Shown: piece after piece, positions 47,907 through 57,384 of the stretch
How positions within the stretch are numbered: the stretch's first letter is position 1
Layout: every line of letters starts with the position of its first letter
DNA from: a bacterium
Lineage (GTDB): Bacteria; Desulfobacterota; JAPLJL01
Assembly (NCBI GenBank): GCA_028713675.1
Contig: JAQTNV010000011.1
Location: 4,411-68,410, forward strand
Length of the DNA: 64,000 nt
Direction of reading: 5' to 3'
Notes under the pieces: model-generated
Told to the model about the DNA's origin: nothing
The model's input: the letters and a program-made list of their open reading frames with translations, nothing else
The model's database searches: none
Translations under genes and position numbers: made by a program

Positions 47907-49725
47907 CCTTCACTCCTTTCGTTAGTTCATCATCTAGACCGGTTTTGTAAAATACCTGATCCGAGCGGAAGTCCGGAAACCATTCCTCCATTTTTTTGGT
48001 CAGGATACTGGCGATTTCCGAACCGGTGGGAACCCCCAGAAGCCGGTCGGCCAGGTTCCGGGCCTCCCCCTGATCGATCATTCGGATCATGCGCTTGATC
48101 CGGGGAATAGAATAAGGGCTCATGCTCAATTCTTCCAGTCCCAGCCCCAGGAGCACGGCGGTGTAGAAAGGGTCCCCCGCCATTTCCCCGCAGATGGCGA
48201 CCTTGATCTGCTGGGCCCGTCCCGCGTCCGCTACCGAGCGGATCATCCGGAGCACCCCGGGGTGGAGCGGCTCGTAAAGATAGGAAACCGCCGCGTTGGC
48301 CCGGTCAATGGCCAGGGAATACTGAATCAGGTCGTTGGTGCCGATGCTGAAAAAATCCACCTCCCGGGCCAGGAGATCGGCCGCCGCCACCGCCGAGGGG
48401 GTTTCCACCATGATTCCGATCGGGATCCCGGCGGCGAAACGGGCGCGGTCCTTTTTCAATTCCGCCTGGGCCTCCTCGATGATCTCCCGGGAGGCCCGCA
48501 CCTCCTCCACCCCCGAGATCATCGGGATCATGATCTTCAGGTTCCCGAGTTCCCCCGCCCGGAGGATGCCCTTGAGCTGGGTTTTGAAAATCTTGGGCTC
48601 CTTCAGACAGAAGCGGATGGCGCGCAGGCCCATGGCCGGGTTGAGTTCGGGGGCCAGTTCCAGCTGGGAGATGAACTTGTCCCCCCCGATATCCAGGGTC
48701 CGGATCACCGCCGGCCGGGGGAAAACCGCTTCCGCCACCTTCCGGTAATTCTGGTAATGCTCCTCCTCGGTGGGCAGGTCCTTCCGGTTCATGAAGAGAA
48801 ACTCGGTCCGGTAGAGCCCGACGCCCTCGGCCCCGTAGCGCTTGACCGCCCCCAGTTCCTCCAGGAGCTCGATGTTGGCCAGGAGCCGGACCGGGTTTCC
48901 GTCCAGCGTCACCGCCGGCAGCCTCCGGTAGCGGGGCAGCTGGGTCTGGTAGGAGCGGAAGCTCTTCTTCAGTTCCGCGAACCGCTGCCGGGTGGCGGCG
49001 TCCGGGTTGATCACGACCTCGCCGCTGAAGCCGTCGATCGCGACCATGTCCCCGGTTTTCACCAGCTGGCTCACGTTTTTCAGGCCCACCACCGCCGGGA
49101 TTTCCAGCGAGCGGGCCATGATCGCGGTGTGGGAGCTCTTGCTCCCCATATCGGTGATGAAGCCGATCACCCGGGAGTGCACCATCTGGGCGGTGTCGGC
49201 GGGGGACAGGTCCCGGGCCGCCACGATCATGTTCCCCTTGACGTCCTCGATGCTCTCGGCCCGCCGCTTGAGCAGGCTCCGGAGGAGGCGCTCCACCGCG
49301 TAGTCGACGTCGCTCCGGCGCTCCCGGAAATACTCGTCCCCCAGGTGTTCGAAAACCGTTTTGATCCGGTCCCGGACCAGTTCCAAGGCCCACTCCGCGT
49401 TCAGCCCCTGCCGGATCCCGTCCTCGGTCCCCTGGAGGAGAAGCGCATCCTTCAGGATCAGGACCTGGGCGTCGATGATGTACTGGAGGTCCCGGCTTTC
49501 CTCGGTCTGGATCCTTTTCTTGATCAGTTCGAGCTGACGCTGGGTCGCGGTCAGGGCTTTCTTGAAGCGCGCGAGTTCGGCCTCGGCTCCCTCGGGCGGG
49601 ATCCGAGAATGGGGCGCCGCCACCCGCTCCCGGTCCAAGAGATAGATCTGCCCGACGGCTACGCCCTCGCTCACCCCCAGGCCCTTGAGCTGGACCAGGT
49701 CTTTCTTCGTCTCTTCCCCGGGCAC
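47854..49725 (-). CDS. ptsI: phosphoenolpyruvate-protein phosphotransferase (PTS enzyme I)
   Basis: It has PEP-utilizer blocks (GGRTSHTAI-like [28 protein letters not shown]). Its 3' end overlaps the metK start by about 50 nt, and a ~40-aa C-terminal extension is present. Confidence 0.8.
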   Translation of the reverse strand: MPGEETKKDLVQLKGLGVSEGVAVGQIYLLDRERVAAPHSRIPPEGAEAELARFKKALTATQRQLELIKKRIQTEESRDLQYIIDAQVLILKDALLLQGTEDGIRQGLNAEWALELVRDRIKTVFEHLGDEYFRERRSDVDYAVERLLRSLLKRRAESIEDVKGNMIVAARDLSPADTAQMVHSRVIGFITDMGSKSSHTAIMARSLEIPAVVGLKNVSQLVKTGDMVAIDGFSGEVVINPDAATRQRFAELKKSFRSYQTQLPRYRRLPAVTLDGNPVRLLANIELLEELGAVKRYGAEGVGLYRTEFLFMNRKDLPTEEEHYQNYRKVAEAVFPRPAVIRTLDIGGDKFISQLELAPELNPAMGLRAIRFCLKEPKIFKTQLKGILRAGELGNLKIMIPMISGVEEVRASREIIEEAQAELKKDRARFAAGIPIGIMVETPSAVAAADLLAREVDFFSIGTNDLIQYSLAIDRANAAVSYLYEPLHPGVLRMIRSVADAGRAQQIKVAICGEMAGDPFYTAVLLGLGLEELSMSPYSIPRIKRMIRMIDQGEARNLADRLLGVPTGSEIASILTKKMEEWFPDFRSDQVFYKTGLDDELTKGVKDAEHDTHIGISGRRTSG

Positions 49726-49726
49726 C

Positions 49727-49993
49727 TTATTCCTCCCCGAATTTTCCCATGATCAGGCTCCCGAGCAGGGCCATGGCCTCTTTCTCGTCGGGTCCTTCCA
49801 CGGTCAGGACGATCAGGCTCCCCTGGACCGCGGCCAGGGTCAGGATGCCCATGATGCTCTTCCCGTTCACCTCCCGGTCACCGCTCTTGACCCGGATCTC
49901 GGAGGTGAAGCGGTTCGCGGTCTTCACCATCTGGGCGGCCGCCCGGGCGTGCAGGCCCAGGCGGTTGGCAATCGTGTACTGCGCTGTGACCAA
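49727..49993 (-). CDS. phosphocarrier protein HPr
   Basis: It is 88 aa. GLHARAAA carries the His15 region and KSIMGIL carries the Ser46 region. Confidence 0.85.
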   Translation of the reverse strand: MVTAQYTIANRLGLHARAAAQMVKTANRFTSEIRVKSGDREVNGKSIMGILTLAAVQGSLIVLTVEGPDEKEAMALLGSLIMGKFGEE

Positions 49994-50006
49994 GCAGAGC
50001 CTCCTT

Positions 50007-50417
50007 TCACTTTTTCTGGCCCCGGTCCAGAATCTCGCTGGCCAGGGAAATATTCCGCTGTCCGCTTTCCCGGACTTCCTGGGCGTAAGCCTGGAGGTTG
50101 ATTCCCTCCCGGTTCCCGATCAGCTTCAAAACCATCGGCAGGTTCATGCCGGAAATCACCTCCACCTTCCCCGGCTCCATGAAGCTCAGGCTCAAGTTCG
50201 AGGGCGTCCCCCCGAACATGTCGGTCAGCACCAGCACCCCTTCCGCTCCCGCGACCTGCCGGATCGCTTCCTTGATCTTTTTCTGGAGCGCCTCCAGGGG
50301 CTCTTCCTGGTTGACCCGGACCGCCACCACCCTTTCCATTTTTCCGGCGATGAATTCCGCGGTCCGCATCATTTCTTCCGCCAGGCTCCCATGCCCGACC
50401 AGCACTACTCCCACCAT
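50007..50417 (-). CDS. PTS EIIA component, mannose/fructose family
   Basis: MVGVVLVGHGSLAEE... is typical of EIIA-Man. An upstream in-frame extension to 50549 lacks homology. Confidence 0.65.
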   Translation of the reverse strand: MVGVVLVGHGSLAEEMMRTAEFIAGKMERVVAVRVNQEEPLEALQKKIKEAIRQVAGAEGVLVLTDMFGGTPSNLSLSFMEPGKVEVISGMNLPMVLKLIGNREGINLQAYAQEVRESGQRNISLASEILDRGQKK

Positions 50418-50433
50418 GATTCTCCTCCCCTCC

Positions 50434-51297
50434 CTAGCCGGAATCCCGGTGGGAGACGTTGACCCGGTATCCTCCCTCACGCAGTAAATTCCCGACCCGC
50501 TCGGCCACCGCCACCGAGCGGTGCTGGCCGCCGGTGCAGCCGAAGGCAATGGTGCAGAACGGCCGCCCCTCCTTCTGGTAGCAGGGCAGCAGGAAATTCA
50601 GGAAATCCCGGACCAGCCGGACAAATTCGGCCCCCTCGGGCCGGGAAAATATATATTCCTGGACCCGCGGGTCCGTGCCGTTCAGGGTCCGGAGTTCCTC
50701 CACGAAAAAGGGGTTGGGCAGGAAACGCACGTCCAGGACCAGGTCGGCGTTGAAGGGAATCCCGGCCTTGTACCCGAAGGAAAGCAGCTTGACGGCGAAG
50801 GGCTCCCCCGCCGTGCTGGCGGCAAAATAGTCCCGGACCGCCCGGCGGAACTGGGGGATTGAATAAAGAGTGGTGTCCCAGATTTTGTCCGCGAGTTCCC
50901 GGATCGGCCGGAGTTCCTCCCTTTCGCGGGCCACTCCGGCCAGGAGATCGGCGCCCTCCGCCAGCGGATGCCGGCGGCGGGTCTCGGAAAACCGCCGGGC
51001 CAGGACGGTATCCTCACATTCCAGGAAAAGCAGCTCGGGAATCACCTCCGCCTTCAGGGCCCGGTACATCTCGGGAAAATCCGGCAGGGACTCGCGCGCC
51101 CGGATGTCGATGACCAGGGCCACCTTGGTGATCTCCGCCCGGGAGAGGGAAAGCATTTCCACGAACTTGGGCAGGAAAGCGATCGGAAGATTGTCCACGC
51201 AGTAAAACCCGAGGTCCTCGAGCTCATGCATGGCCGAGGTCTTTCCCGATCCGGAAAGCCCGGAGAGAATCACCATCCGCAGGTTAGGTTTTGTCAC
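50434..51297 (-). CDS. rapZ: RNase adapter protein RapZ (YhbJ family P-loop protein)
   Basis: It has a GLSGSGKTSA Walker A motif. A C-terminal Cys/His-containing RapZ block follows. Confidence 0.85.
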   Translation of the reverse strand: MTKPNLRMVILSGLSGSGKTSAMHELEDLGFYCVDNLPIAFLPKFVEMLSLSRAEITKVALVIDIRARESLPDFPEMYRALKAEVIPELLFLECEDTVLARRFSETRRRHPLAEGADLLAGVAREREELRPIRELADKIWDTTLYSIPQFRRAVRDYFAASTAGEPFAVKLLSFGYKAGIPFNADLVLDVRFLPNPFFVEELRTLNGTDPRVQEYIFSRPEGAEFVRLVRDFLNFLLPCYQKEGRPFCTIAFGCTGGQHRSVAVAERVGNLLREGGYRVNVSHRDSG

Positions 51298-52132
51298 GCT
51301 TCCGGTCCTCCTTGACCGCCTCCGGGGCGCTGCGCCGGCTCAAAACCTGGTCCAGGCGCCGGGCCGAATAATGCCCCATGTTTTTCAACAGCTGGTTGCG
51401 CGCCGCCACCTCGATGATCGTGGCGATGTTCCGTCCCGGGCTGACCGGGATCCGCACGTAGGGGATCGGCGCCCCCAGGATTTCCTTGTACTTGTCGTCC
51501 AGGCCCAGGCGGTCGTAGTCCCCCTCCGGCTCCCAGTCCACCAGTTCGATGATCAGGTCGATTTCCTTCTCCTCCCGGATGGCGGAAACCCCGAACAGGT
51601 CCTGGATGTTGATGATCCCCACCCCCCGGATTTCCATGTGATACTTGATCGGGCTCGCCGCCCGCCCCCGCAGGGCCCCGCGGTGGTAATAGCGGATCTC
51701 GACCAGGTCGTCGGCCACCAGGCGGTGGCCCCGGTTGACCAGGTCCAGGGCGCTTTCGCTCTTGCCGATCCCGCTCCGGCCCATGACCAGGACCCCGAGT
51801 TCGAGGATCTCGAGCAGCACCCCGTGCAGGTTGGTCTTTTCGGAGAGGTGCTCCTCCAGGAACTCGGAGAGGGTCGCGATCACCTCCCGGCTCTTTCCCT
51901 GGCAGAAAAATACCGGGACCCCCGCAAGCTCGAAGAGCTCTTTCCAGACGGGGGGAAATTCCACCCGCTCCTGGGTGGCCACCATCACCGCCGGCACCCC
52001 CAGGGAAAGCATCCGCGCCAGGGCCGGTTTCTGCTGTTCCTCCGGAAGGGAGAAAAGGTAATCGATCTCGGTCCGGCCGATCACCTGGATCCGGTCGGGG
52101 TGAAAGTTTTCCATGAATCCGGCCAGGGCCAC
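51284..52132 (-). CDS. hprK: HPr kinase/phosphorylase (annotated from GTG at 52132; the true N-terminus probably extends upstream)
   Basis: It has the GRSGIGKSE P-loop and a C-terminal HprK capping motif. HprK-like N-terminal homology (ITVEELSGRASSFPFPLVLLAGEAGLSRKITSSLVQRPG) continues in frame up to the rpoN stop without any ATG, GTG or TTG. Confidence 0.8.
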   Translation of the reverse strand: MALAGFMENFHPDRIQVIGRTEIDYLFSLPEEQQKPALARMLSLGVPAVMVATQERVEFPPVWKELFELAGVPVFFCQGKSREVIATLSEFLEEHLSEKTNLHGVLLEILELGVLVMGRSGIGKSESALDLVNRGHRLVADDLVEIRYYHRGALRGRAASPIKYHMEIRGVGIINIQDLFGVSAIREEKEIDLIIELVDWEPEGDYDRLGLDDKYKEILGAPIPYVRIPVSPGRNIATIIEVAARNQLLKNMGHYSARRLDQVLSRRSAPEAVKEDRKRDKT

Positions 52133-52272
52133 TCCCGGGCGCTGGACCAGGGAAGAGGTGATCTTCCGGGAGAGACCCGCCTCCCCGGCCAGGAGGACCA
52201 GCGGGAAGGGAAAGCTGGAGGCGCGGCCGGAAAGCTCTTCGACCGTGATAAAAAGCTGGGGTTGCGGATCGC

Positions 52273-53799
52273 TCAGGGTTCCTCCTCCTCTGCCGGGATT
52301 TCCGTCTCCTCCGGCTCGGCCGGCTCCTCCGGCGGCAGTTCCGGGAACGCGCGCGGGCCTTCTTCCCCGGCCTCCGCCCTGTCCCGGTCCTTCAGAAAAT
52401 AGGCCTGCTGTCTCTCCTGGGCCGCCGGGATCTTCAGGACCTTCCGGTACTTGGTCACCGTCCGGCGGGAGATCCGGACCCCCTCCCGCTGGAGGGCATC
52501 CGCCAGTTCCTGGTCGGTCAGGGGCTCCCGTCGGTTCTCGGCCTCCACGATTTTGCGCAGCTGCTTCCGGACGTTGCCCGAGGCCACCATCCCCCCGTGC
52601 TCATCCTCGATCCCGCGGTTGAAAAAAGTCTTGAAGGCAAAAAGACCGTGGGGGGTGTGGACGTACTTGTTGGCCACCGCCCGGCTCACCGTGGACTCGT
52701 GGACCCCCACCTGCTCCGCGATATCCTTCAGGGCCAGGGGACGGAAAAAGCCCGGCCCCCGGTCAAAGAAATCCGGCTGCAGTTTCACCAGGGCCTCGGC
52801 CACCCGGTAAAGCGTGTGCCGCCTCTGGTTCACCGCCCGGATCAGCCAGACCGCCTTGCGCATCCGCTCCTGGAAATACTGCTTGTCCCCGGAGCCGAGG
52901 CTCCCGCCCGAAAGCAGGCCCTGGCAGTAATTCGAGATCCGCAGCTTGGGCAGGCCGTCCTCGTTCAGGAGCACGCTGTAACCGGATTGTTCGTCCATCT
53001 TGAAAATGAAAACGTCCGGGACCAGGTAGACCGGATCGACCGGGTTGAAGGAGCGCCCCGGCCGGGGATCCAGCTCGGAGAGAAACTGGATGGCCCGCTT
53101 GACCGCCGGGCGGCCGGCCCCGGTCTCGCGGGCGATTTTCTCGCTGTCCCCGTTCTCCAGCTCGGGCAGGTACCGGCGGAGAATCAGCTCGGCCAGGGGG
53201 TCCTTGAGCTTGCGTTCCCGGAGCTGGATCCGCAGGCATTCCTCCAGGTTCCGCGCCGCCACCCCCGGCGGGTCGAACCCCTGCAGGAGCTGGATCATCT
53301 CTCGGACCCGTTCCGGTTCCGCCCCGGTTTCCCCCGCGATTTCCTCCTCGGAGCTCCGGAGATACCCGTCCTCATCGATAAGCCCGATCAGATAATTCCC
53401 CAGTTCGAACCGCTCCGGGTCCAGGGGGGAAAGCTTCAGCTGCCAGGAGAGGTGCTCGGCCAGGCCCTCGGGCCGGGAGTAATTCTCGTTCGGGAGCGGG
53501 GTGTAATACTCCTTGGTCCTCCGGGAAGCTTCCCCCTCCCGGTAATGTCCGTCCCAGTATTCCTCCCAGTTCACTTCCGAGCCGCAGGTGGTCGGGGGTT
53601 CCTTTTCCTCCCCGGGGACCGCGGGCGCTTCTTCTTCGCCCAGGGACTCTTCCAGGACCGGGTTTTCCTCGAGTTCCTTCCTGACCATGGTGATCAGCTC
53701 CAGGCGCGAGACCTGCAGGAGCTCGATCGCCTGCTTCAGGGCGGGGGTAATGACCAGCTGGGTCTGGAGCCGGGGGCTCTGTTTGAGTTCGATCGCCAT
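52273..53799 (-). CDS. rpoN: RNA polymerase sigma-54 factor
   Basis: It has an N-terminal Gln/Leu-rich region, a core-binding region, the ARRTVTKYR RpoN box and an acidic C-terminal tail. Confidence 0.9.
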   Translation of the reverse strand: MAIELKQSPRLQTQLVITPALKQAIELLQVSRLELITMVRKELEENPVLEESLGEEEAPAVPGEEKEPPTTCGSEVNWEEYWDGHYREGEASRRTKEYYTPLPNENYSRPEGLAEHLSWQLKLSPLDPERFELGNYLIGLIDEDGYLRSSEEEIAGETGAEPERVREMIQLLQGFDPPGVAARNLEECLRIQLRERKLKDPLAELILRRYLPELENGDSEKIARETGAGRPAVKRAIQFLSELDPRPGRSFNPVDPVYLVPDVFIFKMDEQSGYSVLLNEDGLPKLRISNYCQGLLSGGSLGSGDKQYFQERMRKAVWLIRAVNQRRHTLYRVAEALVKLQPDFFDRGPGFFRPLALKDIAEQVGVHESTVSRAVANKYVHTPHGLFAFKTFFNRGIEDEHGGMVASGNVRKQLRKIVEAENRREPLTDQELADALQREGVRISRRTVTKYRKVLKIPAAQERQQAYFLKDRDRAEAGEEGPRAFPELPPEEPAEPEETEIPAEEEEP

Positions 53800-53803
53800 C
53801 GGA

Positions 53804-54562
53804 TTAAAGCCGGAAACGCTCCCCCAGGTAGACCTCCCGGACCTGGGGGTGCTCCACGATCTCCGCCGGGGTCCCCCCGGTCAGGATCACCCCGTCGTTC
53901 AGGATATAGGCCCGGTCGCAGACCCAGAGGGTTTCCCGCACGTTGTGATCGGAGATCAGCACCCCGATCCCCCGGGCTTTCAATTTTTTGATCATTTCCT
54001 GCAGTTCGGCCACCGCGATCGGGTCGACCCCGGTAAAGGGTTCATCGAGGAGGAGAAAAACGGGATTAAGGGCCAGGGCCCGGGCCACCTCGACCCGGCG
54101 CCTCTCCCCCCCGGAGAGGGTGTCGGCCCGCTGTTTCCGGAGCTTATCCACCTCCAGCTCCCGGAGCAGGGTTTCGATCCGCTCCTCCCGCTCCGCGGGC
54201 GGAATCTCCTGGTATTCCAGCACCGCCCGGAGGTTGTCCTCCACCGACAGCCGGCGGAAAATCGAGGGTTCCTGGGCCAGGAAGCTGATGCCCATCCGGG
54301 CCCGTTCCGCCACCGGTTTCCGGGTGATGTCCTGCTCCCGGAACCAGACCCGGCCCCGCTCGGGATGCACCAGGCCCATCACCATGTAAAAGGTCGTGGT
54401 CTTGCCGGCGCCGTTGGGCCCCAGGAATCCCACCACCTCTCCCGGCGAGAGGGAGAGCGAAACCCCCCTGACCACCTCGCGGCGGCGGTAGGATTTATGC
54501 AGATCCTCCGCCCGCAGGTTGCCGTCGGCGGCCGCGGACGCGGGGCTGGCTGTTTCCGTCAT
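53804..54562 (-). CDS. lptB: LPS export ABC transporter ATP-binding protein
   Basis: It has Walker A (GPNGAGKTT), an LSGGE signature and Walker B. Its position is immediately upstream of rpoN. Confidence 0.9.
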   Translation of the reverse strand: MTETASPASAAADGNLRAEDLHKSYRRREVVRGVSLSLSPGEVVGFLGPNGAGKTTTFYMVMGLVHPERGRVWFREQDITRKPVAERARMGISFLAQEPSIFRRLSVEDNLRAVLEYQEIPPAEREERIETLLRELEVDKLRKQRADTLSGGERRRVEVARALALNPVFLLLDEPFTGVDPIAVAELQEMIKKLKARGIGVLISDHNVRETLWVCDRAYILNDGVILTGGTPAEIVEHPQVREVYLGERFRL

Positions 54563-55143
54563 CAGGGCTTGACCTCTTTTTCTTTCCCCTTCGCCGGGGA
54601 TTTTTTTTCCTTCATCTGCTTCAGGCGCTGGCTGCCCACCCGGGCCCGGGCGGAGTCCACCTCGTAACGGTTCTTGGCCAGGTCCACCCGGATGCGTTCC
54701 CCCTCCACCTGGTCTTCCCCCTGGATGAGGCGGGGAGACCCGGTGAGCACCATCATTTCTCCCGGCACATCGTATTCCGCCTTGTCCCCCACGGCGATCC
54801 GGTCCCCCTGGCTCATCTTGACGTTCCCGGTCGCCGTGATCCGGGTGACCTCCCGGTTCTGGGGGTTGAAATAGGCTTCCACCCGGTCGGTCGAGAGGGT
54901 CAGGTCCCCCTGCCGGAGGACCACCGAGCCGGTGAAAATCAGGACCCCCGCCTGGTTGTCCGCCTCCAGCCGTTCGGACTGGATCCGCACCGGCTTGTCG
55001 CTCTTCCCGAGAAACCGGCTGATCCCCGCGGGACTCGTCCCGGAGGTATTTACTCCGGAGGGATTCTGGGCGGAAGCGGCGCCGGCCAGGAAAATTCCCA
55101 GCAGGGCCGGGATTATATTTAGCAAAAATCGTTCCTTGTTCAT
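54562..55143 (-). CDS. lptA: LptA/OstA-like periplasmic LPS transport protein
   Basis: It has a signal peptide, an OstA-like beta-jellyroll repeat pattern and a Lys-rich C-terminus. It sits upstream of lptB. Confidence 0.65.
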   Translation of the reverse strand: MNKERFLLNIIPALLGIFLAGAASAQNPSGVNTSGTSPAGISRFLGKSDKPVRIQSERLEADNQAGVLIFTGSVVLRQGDLTLSTDRVEAYFNPQNREVTRITATGNVKMSQGDRIAVGDKAEYDVPGEMMVLTGSPRLIQGEDQVEGERIRVDLAKNRYEVDSARARVGSQRLKQMKEKKSPAKGKEKEVKP

Positions 55144-55183
55144 GTTCGTAACCCTATAAATTTTTCCAGACTGGCGGGATAAG

Positions 55184-55870
55184 TCAAGGAATGCTGCTGG
55201 CGGAGAGATAATTGGCCACGGTCCCCAGGTCCTCCCATCTCCCCGCGGCGACCTCCCCGAACACCGGCCGGCCCGCGGCGGCCATCCGCAGAAAAGCCGG
55301 GATCACCGACGACGGTTGCGGGTCAAGCCAGGGGAAAACCGCGGGTTCGAGGATGGAGATCCCGGTGAAAAGGTGGGGTTTTCCGCCCCCCGTCTTCCCC
55401 CGGTCGGGAGGCAGGATCCGCCCGTCCGGGTCGAGGTAAATCCCCCCGTAGAGGAAAGTGTCCATCCCGGCCTTCAGCACCAGGGTCACTTCCGCCTTCC
55501 GTTCCCGGTGGTTCTGCACCAGCCGCGCCAGCGGCAGTTCAAAATACACGTCGGAATTGACGGTGAGAAAAGTCCCTTCCCGGAAAAATCCCTCCACCCG
55601 CTTCAATCCTCCCCCCGTGCCCAGGAGTTCCGTTTCGGGGGAGTAGCTGATCCGGAGGCCCCGGGTGCCGCCGTCCCCGAGATAGGCGCGGATTTTTTCC
55701 CCCCGGTGATGGAGATTGATAATCACTTCGTCCACCCCGGCTTCCCGGAGCCGGAGGAGGGTCCAGTCGATCGCCCGCCGGCCCCGGAGGGGCAGGAGGG
55801 CCTTGGGCAGGGTCCGGCTGAACGGCTCGAGCCGGGTTCCCTTCCCGGCGGCGAAAATCATGGCTTTCAT
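55184..55870 (-). CDS. nucleotidyltransferase (MurU-like N-acetylmuramate-1-phosphate uridylyltransferase / sugar-1-P NTP transferase family)
   Basis: It starts MKAMIFAAGKGTRLEPFSRTLPKALLPL, an NTP_transferase G-x-G-T-R motif. Confidence 0.7.
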   Translation of the reverse strand: MKAMIFAAGKGTRLEPFSRTLPKALLPLRGRRAIDWTLLRLREAGVDEVIINLHHRGEKIRAYLGDGGTRGLRISYSPETELLGTGGGLKRVEGFFREGTFLTVNSDVYFELPLARLVQNHRERKAEVTLVLKAGMDTFLYGGIYLDPDGRILPPDRGKTGGGKPHLFTGISILEPAVFPWLDPQPSSVIPAFLRMAAAGRPVFGEVAAGRWEDLGTVANYLSASSIP

Positions 55871-55947
55871 AATCGCAGCATACTTCCTGGTGACGGGTTA
55901 ATGGATCATGTGTGATGGCGGTGATTGCAATTTTGGTCGTCATACTG

Positions 55948-55972
55948 AGATCCAGCGAAGGATCTCACCATA
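55948..55972 (+). repeat. GTCATACTGAGATCC...GGATCTC hairpin element copy
   Basis: It is a variant of the GTCATCCTGAG...GAAGGATC family and directly abuts structured element copy 3. Confidence 0.45.
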
Positions 55973-55974
55973 GT

Positions 55975-56255
55975 CTTTTTCTTTTTTTTGGGGGGAAGGT
56001 TTTTTATCCTGATGAGCAGCACTGCTGCGAAGAATGGACGCTCCCCCTTCGACAGAGCTCAGGGTAAACCTCACAATAGGTACCGTACCGCAAATTAGGC
56101 AGGCTGACCCGCAGGGTCTAGCCAGTACCGAAAAATAATTTATCGTCGAGTTCATCGTGGCCTGATTTCCGAAGAGTTCGTGTCGCGCCCCTCTGGGGTT
56201 CTCGTCCTGAGGACCCCATCGGGGTCGAAGGAAGAACCTTACCCCCGGGCTTTCA
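55975..56255 (-). repeat. structured interspersed element, copy 3 (minus orientation, ~65-nt internal insertion)
   Basis: Its reverse complement matches copies 1 and 2 (GCGCGACACGAACTCTTCGGAAATCAGGCCACGATGAACTCGA...CTGGCTAGACCCTGCGGGTCAGCCTGC...AACCTTCCCCCCAAAAAAAAGAAAAAG). It lies between the amgK-like and murU-like genes, co-oriented with both. Confidence 0.6.
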
Positions 56256-56310
56256 TAAAACCCATGACCTATGACCCAATGCCTATCACCTGATTCCACC
56301 TGCTTACTGC

Positions 56311-57384
56311 CTACTTATCAATTTTCAATTCCCTGTCGATGATTTTCTCCAGGCCCGCGAGTTCCGGGAAAAGGGCGAAGCGGGGACGGATCCTCCGGAG
56401 GACGCCCGGGATGAAGGGGAGAAACTTCGGGTTGTCTTTTACCCGCTTGATATAGGCGAACCGGCCGGCCGCCTTCAGACCCCGCTGGACCCCGGCCAGG
56501 TAAAACATCCGGCGGAAGGGTTCACGCCCGTCCGGTTTCCCCCCCGCCTTTTCCCAGGCGGAAAGATAGTAATCGAGAAGTTCTTCGACCAGGTCGGGGG
56601 TAAAATCCACGTACGCGTCAAAGAGAAGCGAGGCCAGGTCATACTGGCGGAGGGCCAGGAGAGCGTCCTGGAAATCGATGATCTTGATCCCGCCGTCCTG
56701 GACCAGGAGGTTCCGGCTGTGATAATCCCGGTGGCAGAAATACCCCCGTTCCTCCGCGAGTTCCCGGGCGAGTTTCCGGAACCCCCGCTCGAGTTCGGGG
56801 GCCTCGGGAAGCCCGGAGGGCAGGAGCTCCTCCCGGAAGTGCTGAAACTCCCATTCGAAAAGTCCGGCGTCGAACCGGCGGTGAAAGGCCAGGCAATCCG
56901 GGTCGGGCCGCCGCTCGGCCCTAAGCTGGAGCTCGACCAGGAGTTCCAGCGCCTGGTGATACAAACTCAGTTCCGCCCGCGGGCCGGCCGGGAGGGCCAG
57001 GTCGTAGAGCAGGGTGTCGCCCAGGTCCTCGAGGTAAATAATCCCCCGTTTGAGATCGTGATAAACAACCCGGGGGACCGGCAGTCCCAGTTTTTCCAGG
57101 TAGCGCTGGAGATTGAGAAAGGGAATTTCGTCGCGGGGTTTTTCCCCGGCGGTGATCTCTTCCGCCGGCTGGCGGTGGGGATCGGCGTCGGCCAGCACCA
57201 TCAGGATCAGGGATTTCGCCCCCGCCCCGGAAACCCGGTAGTAACTCCGGTTGGAGGCGTCCCCGGGCAGGCGGATCACCCCGGGATTTTCCGGAAGCCT
57301 GATCCCCTCCGGCAGGGCCCGGAAAGCCGCGGGGAAAAACCCCGGTTCCTGCGCCCGGTCCCGGGATCGGCCTCCGTTTTCCAT
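56311..57384 (-). CDS. aminoglycoside-phosphotransferase-fold kinase (AmgK-like anomeric MurNAc/GlcNAc kinase)
   Basis: It has an APH-fold catalytic loop (CHRDYHSRNLLV) and IIDFQDA. The likely start is at 57384 (MENGG...). It pairs with the MurU-like gene. Confidence 0.65.
   Translation of the reverse strand: MENGGRSRDRAQEPGFFPAAFRALPEGIRLPENPGVIRLPGDASNRSYYRVSGAGAKSLILMVLADADPHRQPAEEITAGEKPRDEIPFLNLQRYLEKLGLPVPRVVYHDLKRGIIYLEDLGDTLLYDLALPAGPRAELSLYHQALELLVELQLRAERRPDPDCLAFHRRFDAGLFEWEFQHFREELLPSGLPEAPELERGFRKLARELAEERGYFCHRDYHSRNLLVQDGGIKIIDFQDALLALRQYDLASLLFDAYVDFTPDLVEELLDYYLSAWEKAGGKPDGREPFRRMFYLAGVQRGLKAAGRFAYIKRVKDNPKFLPFIPGVLRRIRPRFALFPELAGLEKIIDRELKIDK

Noticed and set aside
52100-52300. 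Sigma-54 promoter (TGGCAC-N5-TTGC) search around rpoN-regulated candidates and throughout intergenic regions
   Set aside because: The few TGGCAC or TGGCAT occurrences (e.g. 8007, 22878, 37320) lack a correctly spaced TTGC -12 element.
56009-56052. Hammerhead-ribozyme-like core on the + strand inside element copy 3: CUGAUGA, a perfect 5-bp stem II (GCAGC-ACU-GCUGC), then GAA
   Set aside because: Helix III would be only 3 bp (GAA/UUC). Position 17 would be G, which is non-cleavable. No helix I partner for the upstream GGUUUUUUAUC strand exists. The motif lies in an insertion unique to one copy.
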